64,000 nt of DNA from Eledone cirrhosa (Eukaryota), in NCBI GenBank assembly GCA_964016885.1, contig OZ024743.1:210180001-210244000 (forward strand), in the 5' to 3' direction. Made by a program: the position numbers and the translations under genes. The notes beneath the pieces were generated by a model. That model was not told the DNA's origin and did not search any database. It was given only the letters and a program-made list of their open reading frames with translations. This document shows, one piece after another, positions 14,701-30,059 of the stretch. The stretch's first letter is position 1, and each line of letters begins with the position of its first letter.

Positions 14701-16948
14701 TGAAAGCTCTTCACTCCATAAGATATACCACAGTTTAACATCCTATAGCCACACATGAAAGCTCTTCACTCCATAAGATATACCACAGTTTACCATCCTA
14801 TAGTCAAGCCACGGATGAAAGCTCTTCACTCCATAAGATATACCACAGATTACCATCCTATAGTCACACATGAAAGCTCTTCACTCCATAAAATATAACA
14901 CAGTTTACCATCCTATAGCCAGATGAAAGCTCTTCACTCCATAAGATATACCACAGTTTACCATCCTATAGCCACAGATGAAAGCTGTTCACTCCATAAG
15001 ATATACCACAGTTTACCATCCTATAGCCACAGATGAAAGCTCTTCACTCCATAAGATATACCACAGTTTACCATCCTATAGCCAGATGAAAGCTCTTCAT
15101 TCCATAAGATATACCACAGTTAACCATCCTATAGCCACAGATGAAAGCTGTTCACTCCATAAGATATACCACAGTTTACCATGCTATGGCCACAGATGAA
15201 AGCTCTTCACTCCATAAGATATACCACAGTTTACCATCCTATAGCCACAGATGAAAGCTCTTCACTCCATAAGATATACCACAGTTTACTATCCTATGGC
15301 CACAGATGAAAGCTCTTCACTCCATAAGATATACCACAGTTTACCATCCTATAGCCACAGATGAAAGCTCTTCACTCCATAAGATATACCACATTTTACC
15401 ATCCTATAGCCACACATGAAAGCTCTTCACTCCATAAGATATACCACAGTTTACCATCCTATAGTCAAGCCACGGATTAAAGCTCTTCACTCCATAAGAT
15501 ATACCACAGTTTACCATCCTATAGTCACACATGAAAGCTCTTCACTCCATAAAATATAACACAGTTTACCATCCTATAGCCAGATGAAAGCTCTTCACTC
15601 CATAAGATATACCACAGTTTACCATCCTATAGCCACAGATGAAAGCTCTTCACTCCATAAGATATACCACAGTTTACCATCCTATAGCCACAGATGAAAG
15701 CTCTTCACTCCATAAGATATACCACAATTTACCATCCTATAGCCACAGATGAAAGCTGTTCACTCCATAAGATATACCACAGTTTACCATCCTATAGCCA
15801 CACATGAAAGCTCTTCACTCCATAAGATATACCACAGTTAACCATCCTATAGCCACAGATGAAAGCTGTTCACTCCATAAGATATACCACAGTTTACCAT
15901 CCTATGGCCACAGATGAAAGCTCTTCACTCCATAAGATATACCACAGTTTACCATCCTATAGCCACAGATGAAAGCTCTTCACTCCATAAGATATACCAC
16001 AGTTTACCATCCTATAGCCACACATGAAAGCTCTTCACTCCATAAGATATACCACAGTTTACCATCCTATAGTCAAGCCACGGATGAAAGCTCTTCACTC
16101 CATAAGATATACCACAGTTTACCATCCTATAGTCACACATGAAAGCTCTTCACTCCATAAGATATAACACAGTTTACCATCCTATAGCCAGATGAAAGCT
16201 CTTCACTCCATAAGATATACCACAGTTTACCATGCTATGGCCACAGATGAAAGCTCTTCACTCCATAAGATATACCACAGTTTACCATCCTATAGCCACA
16301 GATGAAAGCTCTTCACTCCATAAGATATACCACAGTTTACCATCCTATAGCCACAGATGAAAGCTGTTCACTCCATGAGATATACCACAGTTTACCATCC
16401 TATAGCCACACGTGAAAGCTCTTCACTCCATAAGATATACCTCAGTTTACCATCCTATAGCCATAGATGAAAGCTCTTCACTCCATAAGATATACCACAG
16501 TTTACCATCCTATAGCCACACATGAGAGCTCTTCACTCCATAAGATATACCACAGTTTACCATCCTATAGCCACAGATAAAAGCTCATCACTCCATAAGA
16601 TATACCACAGTTTACCATCCTATGGCCACATATGAAAGCTCTTCACCCCATAAGATATACCTCAGTTTACCATCCTATAGCCACAGATGAAAGCTCTTCA
16701 CTCCATAAGATATACCACAGTTTACCATCCTATAGCCACAGATGAAAGCTCTTCACTCCATAAGATATACCACAGTTTACTATCATATAGCCACACATGA
16801 AAGCTTTTCACTCCATAAGATATACCACAGTTTACCATCCTATGGCCACACATGAAAGCTCTTCACCCCATAAGATATACCACAGTTTACCATCCTATAG
16901 CCACACATGAAAGCTCTTCACTCCATAAGATATACCACAGTTTACCAT
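11056..16948. repeat. Tandem block duplication, 2969-bp period
   Basis: Markers pair at +2969: GATGTACC (11486/14455), GGATTAAAG (12505/15474), CACGTGAA (13440/16409); ORFs 12009/14978. Confidence 0.9.
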
Positions 16949-19900
16949 CCTATAGCCACAGATGAAAGCTCTTCACCCCATAAGACATACCACAGTATAC
17001 CATCCTATTGCCACACATGAAAGTTCTTCACTCGATAAGATATACCACAGTTTACGATCGTCTAGCCACACATGAAAGCTCTTCACTCCATAAGATATAC
17101 CACAGTTTACCATCCTATATCCAGATGAAAGCTCTTCACTCCATAAGATATACGACAGTTTACCATCCTATAGCCAGATGAAAGCTCTTCAATCCATAAG
17201 ATATACCCCAGTTTACCATCCTATTGCCAGATGAAAGCTCTTCACTCCATAAGATATACCAGTTTACCACCCTATAGCCACAGATGAAAGCTCTTCACTC
17301 CATAAGATATACCACAGTTTACCATCCTATAGCCACAGATGAAAGCTCTTCACTCCATAAGATATACCACAGTTTACCATCCTATAGCCACACATGAAAG
17401 CTCTTCACTCCATAAGATATACCACAGTTTACCATCCTATAGTCAAGCCACGGATGAAAGCTCTTCACTCCATAAGATATACCACAGATTACCATCCTAT
17501 AGTCACACATGAAAGCTCTTCACTCCATAAAATATAACACAGTTTACCATCCTATAGCCAGATGAAAGCTCTTCACTCCATAAGATATACCACAGTTTAC
17601 CATCCTATAGCCACAGATGAAAGCTCTTCACTCCATAAGATATACCACAGTTTACCATCCTATAGCCACAGATGAAAGCTGTTCACTCCATAAGATATAC
17701 CACAGTTTACCATCCTATAGTCAAGCCACGGATGAAAGCTCTTCACTCCATAAGATATACCACAGTTTACCATCCTATAGCCAGATGAAAGCTCTTCACT
17801 CCATAAGATATACCACAGTTAACCATCATATAGCCACAGATGAAAGCTGTTCACTCCATAAGATATACCACAGTTGACCATGCTATGGCCACAGATGAAA
17901 GCTCTTCACTCCATAAGATATACCACAGTTTACCATCCTATAGCCACAGATGAAAGCTCTTCACTCCATAAGATATACCACAGTTTACCATCCTATAGCC
18001 ACACATGAAAGCTCTTCACTCCATAAGATATACCACAGTTTACCATCCTATAGTCAAGCCACGGATGAAAGCTCTTCACTCCATAAGATATACCACAGTT
18101 TACCATCCTATAGTCACACATGAAAGCTCTTCACTCCATAAGATATAACACAGTTTACCATCCTATAGCCAGATGAAAGCTCTTCACTCCATAAGATATA
18201 CCACAGTTTACCATCCTATAGCCACAGATGAAAGCTCTTCACTCCATAAGATATACCACAGTTTACCATCCTATAGCCACACATGAAAGCTCTTCACTCC
18301 ATGAGATATACCACAGTTTACCATCCTATAGCCACACATGAAGGCTCTTCACTCCATAAGATATACCACAGTTTACCATCCTATAGCCACACATGAAAGC
18401 TTTTCACTCCATAAGATATACCACAGTTTACCATCCTATAGCCAGATGAAAGCTCTTCACTCCATAAGATATACCACAGTTTACCATCCTATAGCAAGAT
18501 GAAAGCTCTTCACTCCATAAGATATACGACAGTTTACCATCGTATAGCCACACATGAAAACTCTTCAATCCATAAGATATACCTCAGTTTACCATCTTAT
18601 AGCCACAGATGAAAGCTCTTCACTCCATAAGATATACCACGGTTTACCACCCTATAGCCACAGAGGAAAGCTCTTCACTCCATAAGATATACCACAGTTT
18701 ACCATCCTATAGCCACACATGAAAGCTCTTCACTCCATAAGATATACCTCAGTTTACCATCCTATAGCCACAGATGAAAGCTGTTCACTCCATGAGATAT
18801 ACCACAGTTTACCATCCTATAGCCACACATGAAAGCTCTTCACTCCATAAGATATACCTCAGTTTACCATCCTATAGCCATAGATGAAAGCTCTTCACTC
18901 CATAAGATATACCACAGTTTACCATGCTATAGCCACACATGAGAGCTCTTCACTCCATAAGATATACCACAGTTTACCATCCTATAGCCACAGATGAAAA
19001 CTCATCACTCCATAAGATATACCACAGTTTACCATCCTATGGCCACATATGAAAGCTCTTCACCCCATAAGATATACCACAGTTTACCATCCTATAGCCA
19101 CAGATGAAAGCTCTTCACTCCATAAGATATACCACAGTTTACCATCCTATAGCCACAGATGAAAGCTCTTCACTCCATAAGATATACCACAGTTTACTAT
19201 CCTATAGCCACACATGAAAGCTTTTCACTCCATAAGATATACCACAGTTTACCATCCTATGGCCACACATGAAAGCTCTTCACCCCATAAGATATACCAC
19301 AGTTTACCATCCTATAGCCACACATGAAAGCTCTTCACTCCATAAGATATACCACAGTTTACCATCCTATAGCCACAGATGAAAGCTCTTCACCCCATAA
19401 GACATACCACAGTTTACCATCCTATTGCCACACATGAAAGTTCTTCACTCGATAAGATATACCACAGTTTACCATCCTCTAGCCACACATGAAAGCTCTT
19501 CACTCCATAAGATATACCACAGTTTACCATCCTATAGCCAGATGAAAGCTCTTCACTCCATAAGATATACGACAGTTTACTATCCTATAGCCAGATGAAA
19601 GCTCTTCAATCCATAAGATATACCCCAGTTTACCATCCTATTGCCAGATGAAAGCTCTTCACTCCATAAGATATACCAGTTTACCACCCTATAGCCACAG
19701 ATGAAAGCTCTTCACTCCATAAGATATACCACAGTTTACCATCCTATAGCCACAGATGAAAGCTCTTCACTCCATAAGATATACCACAGTTTACCATCCT
19801 ATAGCCACACATGAAAGCTCTTCACTCCATAAGATATACCACAGTTTACCATCCTATAGTCAAGCCACGGATGAAAGCTCTTCACTCCATAAGATATACC

Positions 19901-22900
19901 ACAGATTACCATCCTATAGTCACACATGAAAGCTCTTCACTCCATAAAATATAACACTGTTTACCATCCTATAGCCAGATGAAAGCTCTTCACTCCATAA
20001 GATATACCACAGTTTACCATCCTATAGCCACAGATGAAAGCTCTTCACTCCATAAGATATACCACAGTTTACCATCCTATAGCCACAGATGAAAGCTGTT
20101 CACTCCATAAGATATACCACAGTTTACCATCCTATAGCCACACATGAAAGCTCTTCACTCCATAAGATATACCACAGTTTACCATCCTATAGCCAGATGA
20201 AAGCTCTTCACTCCATAAGATATACCACAGTTAACCATCCTATAGCCACAGATGAAAGCTGTTCACTCCATAAGATATACCACAGTTTACCATGCTATGG
20301 CCACAGATGAAAGCTCTTCACTCCATAAGATATACCACAGTTTACCATCCTATAGCCACAGATGAAAGCTCTTCACTCCATAAGATATACCACAGTTTAC
20401 CATCCTATGGCCACAGATGAAAGCTCTTCACTCCATAAGATATACCACAGTTTACCATCCTATAGCAACAGATGAAAGCTCTTCACTCCATAAGATATAC
20501 CACATTTTACCATCCTATAGCCACACATGAAAGCTCTTCACTCCATAAGATATACCACAGTTTACCATCCTATAGTCAAGCCACGGATGAAAGCTCTTCA
20601 CTCCATAAGATATACCACAGTTTACCATCCTATAGTCACACATGAAAGCTCTTCACTCCATAAAATATAACACAGTTTACCATCCTATAGCCAGATGAAA
20701 GCTCTTCACTCCATAAGATATACCACAGTTTACCATCCTATAGCCACAGATGAAAGCTCTTCACTCCATAAGATATACCACAGTTTACCATCCTATAGCC
20801 ACACATGAAAGCTCTTCACTCCATAAGATATACCACAGTTTACCATCCTATAGCCACAGATGAAAGCTGTTCACTCCATAAGATATACCACAGTTTACCA
20901 TCCTATAGCCACACATGAAAGCTCTTCACTCCATAAGATATGCCACAGTTAACCATCCTATAGCCACAGATGAAAGCTGTTCACTCCATAAGATATACCA
21001 CAGTTTACCATCCTATGGCCACAGATGAAAGCTCTTCACTCCATAAGATATACCACAGTTTACCATCCTATAGCCACAGATGAAAGCTCTTCACTCCATA
21101 AGATATACCACAGTTTACCATCCTATAGCCACACATGAAAGCTCTTCACTCCATAAGATATACCACAGTTTACCATCCTATAGCCACACATGAAAGCTTT
21201 TCACTCCATAAGATATACCACAGTTTACCATCCTATAGCCAGATGAAAGCTCTTCACTCCATAAGATATACCACAGTTTACCATCCTATAGCAAGATGAA
21301 AGCTCTTCACTCCATAAGATATACGACAGTTTACCATCGTATAGCCACACATGAAAACTCTTCAATCCATAAGATATACCTCAGTTTACCATCTTATAGC
21401 CACAGATGAAAGCTCTTCACTCCATAAGATATACCACGGTTTACCACCCTATAGCCACAGAGGAAAGCTCTTCACTCCATAAGATATACCACAGTTTACC
21501 ATCCTATAGCCACAGATGAAAGCTCTTCACTCCATAAGATATACCACAGTTTACCATCCTATAGCCACAGATGAAAGCTGTTCACTCCATGAGATATACC
21601 ACAGTTTACCATCCTATAGCCACACATGAAAGCTCTTCACTCCATAAGATATACCTCAGTTTACCATCCTATAGCCATAGATGAAAGCTCTTCACTCCAT
21701 AAGATATACCACAGTTTACCATCCTATAGCCACACATGAGAGCTCTTCACTCCATAAGATATACCACAGTTTACCATCCTATAGCCACAGATGAAAGCTC
21801 ATCACTCCATAAGATATACCACAGTTTACCATCCTATGGCCACATATGAAAGCTCTTCACCCCATAAGATATACCACAGTTTACCATCCTATAGCCACAG
21901 ATGAAAGCTCTTCACTCCATAAGATATACCACAGTTTACCATCCTATAGCCACAGATGAAAGCTCTTCACTCCATAAGATATACCACAGTTTACTATCCT
22001 ATAGCCACACATGAAAGCTTTTCACTCCATAAGATATACCACAGTTTACCATCCTATGGCCACACATGAAAGCTCTTCACCCCATAAGATATACCACAGT
22101 TTACCATCCTATAGCCACACATGAAAGCTCTTCACTCCATAAGATATACAACAGTTTACCATCCTATAGCCACAGATGAAAGCTCTTCACCCCATAAGAC
22201 ATACCACAGTTTACCATCCTATTGCCACACATGAAAGTTCTTCACTCGATAAGATATACCACAGTTTACCATCCTCTAGCCACACATGAAAGCTCTTCAC
22301 TCCATAAGATATACGACAGTTTACCATCCTATAGCCAGATGAAAGCTCTTCAATCCATAAGATATACCCCAGTTTACCATCCTATTGCCAGATGAAAGCT
22401 CTTCACTCCATAAGATATAACAGTTTACCACCCTATAGCCACAGATGAAAGCTCTTCACTCCATAAGATATACCACAGTTTACCATCCTATAGCCACAGA
22501 TGAAAGCTCTTCACTCCATAAGATATACCACAGTTTACCATCCTATAGCCACACATGAAAGCTCTTCACTCCATAAGATATACCACAGTTTACCATCCTA
22601 TAGTCAAGCCACGGATGAAAGCTCTTCACTCCATAAGATATACCACAGATTACCATCCTATAGTCACACATGAAAGCACTTCACTCCATAAAATATAACA
22701 CAGTTTACCATCCTATAGCCAGATGAAAGCTCTTCACTCCATAAGATATACCACAGATTACCATCCTATAGTCACACATGAAAGCTCTTCACTCCATAAA
22801 ATATAACACAGTTTACCATCCTATAGCCAGATGAAAGCTCTTCACTCCATAAGATATACCACAGTTTACCATCCTATAGCCACAGATGAAAGCTGTTCAC

Positions 22901-25149
22901 TCCATAAGATATACCACAGTTTACCATCCTATAGCCACAGATGAAAGCTGTTCACTCCATAAGATATACCACAGTTTACCATCCTATAGCCACAGATGAA
23001 AGCTCTTCACTCCATAAGATATACCACAGTTTACCATCCTATAGCCAGATGAAAGCTCTTCACTCCATAAGATATACCACAGTTAACCATCCTATAGCCA
23101 CAGATGAAAGCTGTTCACTCCATAAGATATACCACAGTTTACCATGCTATGGCCACAGATGAAAGCTCTTCACTCCATAAGATATACCACAGTTTACCAT
23201 CCTATAGCCACAGATGAAAGCTCTTCACTCCATAAGATATACCACAGTTTACCATCCTATAGCCACACATGAAAGCTCTTCACTCCATAAGATATACCAC
23301 AGTTTACCATCCTATAGTCAAGCCACGGATGAAAGCTCTTCACTCCATAAGATATACCACAGTTTACCATCCTATAGTCACACATGAAAGCTCTTCACTC
23401 CATAAGATATAACACAGTTTACCATCCTATAGCCAGATGAAAGCTCTTCACTCCATAAGATATACCACAGTTTACCATCCTATAGCCACAGATGAAAGCT
23501 CTTCACTCCATAAGATATACCACAGTTTACCATCCTATAGCCACACATGAAAGCTCTTCACTCCATGAGATATACCACAGTTTACCATCCTATAGCCACA
23601 CATGAAGGCTCTTCACTCCATAAGATATACCACAGTTTACCATCCTATAGCCACACATGAAAGCTTTTCACTCCATAAGATATACCACAGTTTACCATCC
23701 TATAGCCAGATGAAAGCTCTTCACTCCATAAGATATACCACAGTTTACCATCCTATAGCAAGATGAAAGCTCTTCACTCCATAAGATATACGACAGTTTA
23801 CCATCGTATAGCCACACATGAAAACTCTTCAATCCATAAGATATACCTCAGTTTACCATCTTATAGCCACAGATGAAAGCTCTTCACTCCATAAGATATA
23901 CCACGGTTTACCATCCTATAGCCACACATGAAAGCTCTTCAGGCCATAAGATATACCTCAGTTTACCATCCTATAGCCATAGATGAAAGCTCTTCACTCC
24001 ATAAGATATACCACAGTTTACCATCCTATAGCCACACATGAGAGCTCTTCACTCCATAAGATATACCACAGTTTACCATCCTATAGCCACAGATGAAAGC
24101 TCATCACTCCATAAGATATACCACAGTTTACCATCCTATGGCCACATATGAAAGCTCTTCACCCCATAAGATATACCTCAGTTTACCATCCTATAGCCAC
24201 AGATGAAAGCTCTTCACTCCATAAGATATACCACAGTTTACCATCCTATAGCCACAGATGAAAGCTCTTCACTCCATAAGATATACCACAGTTAACTATC
24301 CTATAGCCACACATGAAAGCTCTTCACTCCATAAGATATACCACAGTTTACCATCCTATGGCCACACATGAAAGCTCTTCACCCCATAAGATATACCACA
24401 GTTTACCATCCTATAGCCACACATGAAAGCTCTTCACTCCATAAGATATACCACAGTTTACCATCCTATAGCCACAGATGAAAGCTCTTCACCCCATAAG
24501 ATATACCACAGTTTACCATCCTATAGCCACACATGAAAGCTCTTCACCCCATAAGATATACCACAGTTTACCATCCTATTGCCACACATGAAAGTTCTTC
24601 ACTCGATAAGATATACCACAGTTTACCATCCTATAGCCACACATGAAAGCTCTTCACTCCATAAGATATACCACAGTTTACCATCCTATAGCCAGATGAA
24701 AGCTCTTCACTCCATAAGATATACGACAGTTTACCATCCTATAGCCACACATGAAAGCTCTTCACTCCATAAGATACACCCCAGTTTACCATCCTATTGC
24801 CAGATGAAAGCTCTTCACTCCATAAGATATACCAGTTTACCACCCTATAGCCACAGATGAAAGCTCTTCACTCCATGAGATATACCACAGTTTACCACCC
24901 TATAGCCACGCCACGTTGAAAGCTCTTCACTCCATAAGATATACCACAGTTTACAATCCTATAGCCACAGATGAAAGCTCTTCACTCCATAAGATATACC
25001 ACAGTTTACCATCCTATGGCCACAGATGAAAGCTCTTCACTCCATAAGATATAGCACAGTTTACCATCCTATAGCCACAGATGAAAGCTCTTCACTCCAT
25101 AAGATATACCACAGTTTACCATCCTATAGCCACACATGAAAGCTCTTCA

Positions 25150-28100
25150 CTCCATAAGATATACCACAGTTTACCATCCTCTAGTCAAGCCACTGATGAA
25201 AGCTCTTCACTACATAAGATATACCACAGTTTACCATCCTATAGTCACACATGAAAGCTCTTCACTCCATAAGATATAACACAGTTTACCATCCTATAGC
25301 CACATGAAAGCTCTTCACTCCATAAGATATACCACAGTTTACCATCCTATAGCCACAGATGAAAGCTCTTCACTCCATAAGATATACCACAGTTTACCAT
25401 CCTATAGCCACAGATGAAAGCTCTTCACTCCATAAGATATACCACAGTTTACCATCCTATAGCCACAGATGAAAGCTGTTCACTCCATAAGATATACCAC
25501 AGTTTACCATCCTATAGCCACAGATGAAAGCTCTTCACTCCATAAGATATACCACAGTTTACCATCCTATAGCCACACATGAAAGCTCTTCACTCCATAA
25601 GATATACCACAGTTTACCATCCTATAGCCAGATGAAAGCTCTTCACTCCATAAGATATACCACAGTTAACCATCCTATAGCCACAGATGAAAGCTCTTCA
25701 CTCCAAAAGATATACCACAGTTTACCATCCTATAGCCACAGATGAAAGCTGTTCACTCCATAAGATATACCACAGTTTACCATCCTATAGCCACACATGA
25801 AAGCTCTTCACTCCATGAGATATACCACAGTTTACCATCCTATAGCCACAGATGAAAGCTGTTCACTCCATAATATATACGACAGTTTACCATCCTATAG
25901 CCACAGATGAAAGCTGTTCACTCCATAAGATATACGACAGTTTACCATCCTATAGCCAGATGAAAGCTCTTCACTCCATAAAATATACCACAGTTTACCA
26001 TCCTATAGCCACAGATGAAAGCTGTTCACTCCCTAAGATATACCACAGTTTACCATCCTATATCCAGATGAAAGCTCTTCACTCTATAAGATATACCACA
26101 GTTTACCATCCTATAGCCACAGATGAAAGCTGTTCACTCCATAAGATATACCACAGTTTACCATCCTATAGCCAGATGAAAGCTCTTCACTCCATAAGAT
26201 ATACCACAGTTTACCATCCTAAAGCCACAGATGAAAGCTCTTCACTCCATAAGCTATACCACAGTTTACCATCCTATAGCCACAGATGAAAGCTCTTCAC
26301 TCCATAAGATATACCACAGTTTATCATGCTATAGCCACAGATGAAAGCTCTTCACTCCATAAGATATACCACAGTTTACCATCCTATAGCCACAGATGAA
26401 AGCTGTTCACTCCATAAGATATACCACAGTTTACCATCCTATAGCCAGATGAAAGCTCTTCACTCCATAAGATATACCACAGTTTACCATCCTAAAGCCA
26501 CAGATGAAAGCTCTTCACTCCATAAGATATACCACAGTTTACCATCCTATAGCCACACATGAAAGCTCTTCACTCCATAAGATATACCACAGTTTACCAT
26601 CCTATAGCCATATGAAAGCTCTTCACTCCATAAGATATACCACAGTTTACCATCCTATAGCAAGATGAAAGCTCTTTACTCCATAAGATATACGACAGTT
26701 TACCATCCTATAGCCACACATGAAAACTCTTCAATCCATAAGATATGCCTCAGTTTACCATCTTATAGCCACAGATGAAAGCTCTTCACTCCATAAGATA
26801 TACCACGGTTTACCATCCTATAGCCACACATGAAAGCTCTTCACGCCATAAGATATACCACAGTTTACCATCCTATAGCCACAGATGAAAGCTCTTCACT
26901 CCATAAGATATACCACAGTTTACCATCCTATAGCCACACAAGAGAGCTTTTCACTCCATAAGATATACCACAGTTTACCATCCTATAGCCACAGATGAAA
27001 GCTCATCACTCCATAAGATATACCACAGTTTACCATCCTATAGCCACAGATGAAAGCCCTTCACTCCATAAGATATACCACAGTTTACCATCCTATAGCC
27101 ACACATGAAAGCTCTTCACTCCATAAGATATACCACAGTTTACCATCCTATGGCCACACATGAAAGCTCTTCACCCCATAAGATATACCACAGTTTACCA
27201 TCCTATAGCCACACATGAAAGCTCTTCACTCCATAAGATATACCACAGTTTACCATCCTATAGCCACAGATGAAAGCTCTTCACCCCATAAGATATACCA
27301 CAGTTTACCATCATATAGCCACACATGAAAGCTCTTCACCCCATAAGATATACCACAGTTTACCATCCTATTGCCACACATGAAAGTTCTTCACTCGATA
27401 AGATATACCACAGTTTACCATCCTATAGCCACACATGAAAGCTCTTCACTCCATAAGATATACCACAGTTTACCATCCTATAGCCAGATGAAAGCTCTTC
27501 ACTGCATAAGATATACCACAGTTTACCATCCTCTAGTCAAGCCACTAATGAAAGCTCTTCACTACATAAGATATACCACAGTTTACCATCCTATAGTCAC
27601 ACATGAAAGCTCTTCACTCCATAAGATATAACACAGTTTACCATCCTATAGCCAGATGAAAGCTCTTCACTCCATAAGATATACCACAGTTTACCATCCT
27701 ATAGCCACAGATGAAAGCTCTTCACTCCATAAGATATACCACAGTTTACCATCCTATAGCCACAGATGAAAGCTCTTCACTCCATAAGATATACCACAGT
27801 TTACCATCCTATAGCCACAGATGAAAGCTGTTCACTCCATAAGATATACCACAGTTTACCATCCTATAGCCACAGTTGAAAGCTCTTCACTCCATAAGAT
27901 ATACCACAGTTTACCATCCTATAGCCACACATGAAAGCTCTTCACTCCATAAGATATACCACAGTTTACCATCCTATAGCCAGATGAAAGCTCTTCACTC
28001 CATAAGATATACCACAGTTAACCATCCTATAGCCACAGATGAAAGCTCTTCACTCCAAAAGATATACCACAGTTTACCATCCTATAGCCACAGATGAAAG

Positions 28101-29630
28101 CTGTTCACTCCATAAGATATACCACAGTTTACCATCCTATAGCCACACATGAAAGCTCTTCACTCCATGAGATATACCACAGTTTACCATCCTATAGCCA
28201 CAGATGAAAGCTGTTCACTCCATAATATATACGACAGTTTACCATCCTATAGCCACAGATGAAAGCTGTTCACTCCATAAGATATACGACAGTTTACCAT
28301 CCTATAGCCAGATGAAAGCTCTTCACTCCATAAGATATACCACAGTTTACCATCCTATAGCCACAGATGAAAGCTGTTCACTCCATAAGATATACCACAG
28401 TTTACCATCCTATAGCCAGATGAAAGCTCTTCACTCCATAAGATATACCACAGTTTACCATCCTAAAGCCACAGATGAAAGCTCTTCACTCCATAAGCTA
28501 TACCACAGTTTACCATCCTATAGCCACAGATGAAAGCTCTTCACTCCATAAGATATACCACAGTTTATCATGCTATAGCCACAGATGAAAGCTCTTCACT
28601 CCATAAGATATACCACAGTTTACCATCCTATAGCCACAGATGAAAGCTGTTCACTCCATAAGATATACCACAGTTTACCATCCTATAGCCAGATGAAAGC
28701 TCTTCACTCCATAAGATATACCACAGTTTACCATCCTAAAGCCACAGATGAAAGCTCTTCACTCCATAAGATATACCACAGTTTACCATCCTATAGCCAC
28801 ACATGAAAGCTCTTCACTCCATAAGATATACCACAGTTTACCATCCTATAGCCAGATGAAAGCTCTTCACTCCATAAGATATACCACAGTTTACCATCCT
28901 ATAGCAAGATGAAAGCTCTTCACTCCATAAGATATACGACAGTTTACCATCCTATAGCCACACATGAAAACTCTTCAATCCATAAGATATACCTCAGTTT
29001 ACCATCTTATAGCCACAGATGAAAGCTCTTCACTCCATAAGATATACCACGGTTTACCATCCTATAGCCACACATGAAGGCTCTTCACGCCATAAGATAT
29101 ACCTCAGTTTACCATCCTATAGCCACAGATGAAAGCTCTTCACTCCATAAGATATACCACAGTTTACCATCCTATAGCCACAGATGAAAGGCCTTCACTC
29201 CATAAGATATACCACAGTTTACCATCCTATAGCCACACATGAAAGCTCTTCACTCCATAAGATATACCACAGTTTACCATCCTATGGCCACACATGAAAG
29301 CTCTTCACCCCATAAGATATACCACAGTTTACCATCCTATAGCCACACATGAAAGCTCTTCACTCCATAAGATATACCACAGTTTACCATCCTATAGCCA
29401 CAGATGAAAGCTCTTCACCCCATAAGATATACCACAGTTTACCATCCTATAGCCACACATGAAAGCTCTTCACCCCACAAGATATACCACAGTTTACCAT
29501 CCTATTGCCACACATGAAAGTTCTTCACACGATAAGATATACCACAGTTTACCATCCTATAGCCACACATGAAAGCTCTTCACTCCATAAGATATACCAC
29601 AGTTTACCATCCTATAGCCAGATGAAAGCT
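25150..29630. repeat. Tandem block duplication, 2352-bp period; second copy shorter by 108 bp and then a further 110 bp
   Basis: CTAGTCAAGCCACT at 25181/27533; ORF offsets 25524/27876 (2352), 26341/28585 (2244), 27371/29505 (2134). Confidence 0.85.
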
Positions 29631-30059
29631 CTTCACTCCATAAGATATACCACAGTTTACCATCCTATAGCCACAGATGAAAGCTCTTCACTCCATAAGA
29701 TATACCACAGTTTACCATCCTATAGCCACAGATGAAAGCTCTTCACTCCATAAGATATACCACAGTTTACCATCCTATAGCCACAGATGAAAGCTGTTCA
29801 CTCCATAAGATATACCACAGTTTACCATCCTATAGCCAGATGAAAGCTCTTCACTCCATAAGATATACCACAGTTTACCATCCTATAGCAAGATGAAAGC
29901 TCTTCACTCCATAAGATATACGACAGTTTACCATCCTATAGCCACACATGAAAGCTCTTCACTCCATAAGATATACCACGGTTTACCATCCTATAGCCAC
30001 ACATGAAAGCTCTTCACGCCATAAGATATACCTCAGTTTACCATCCTATAGCCATAGAT

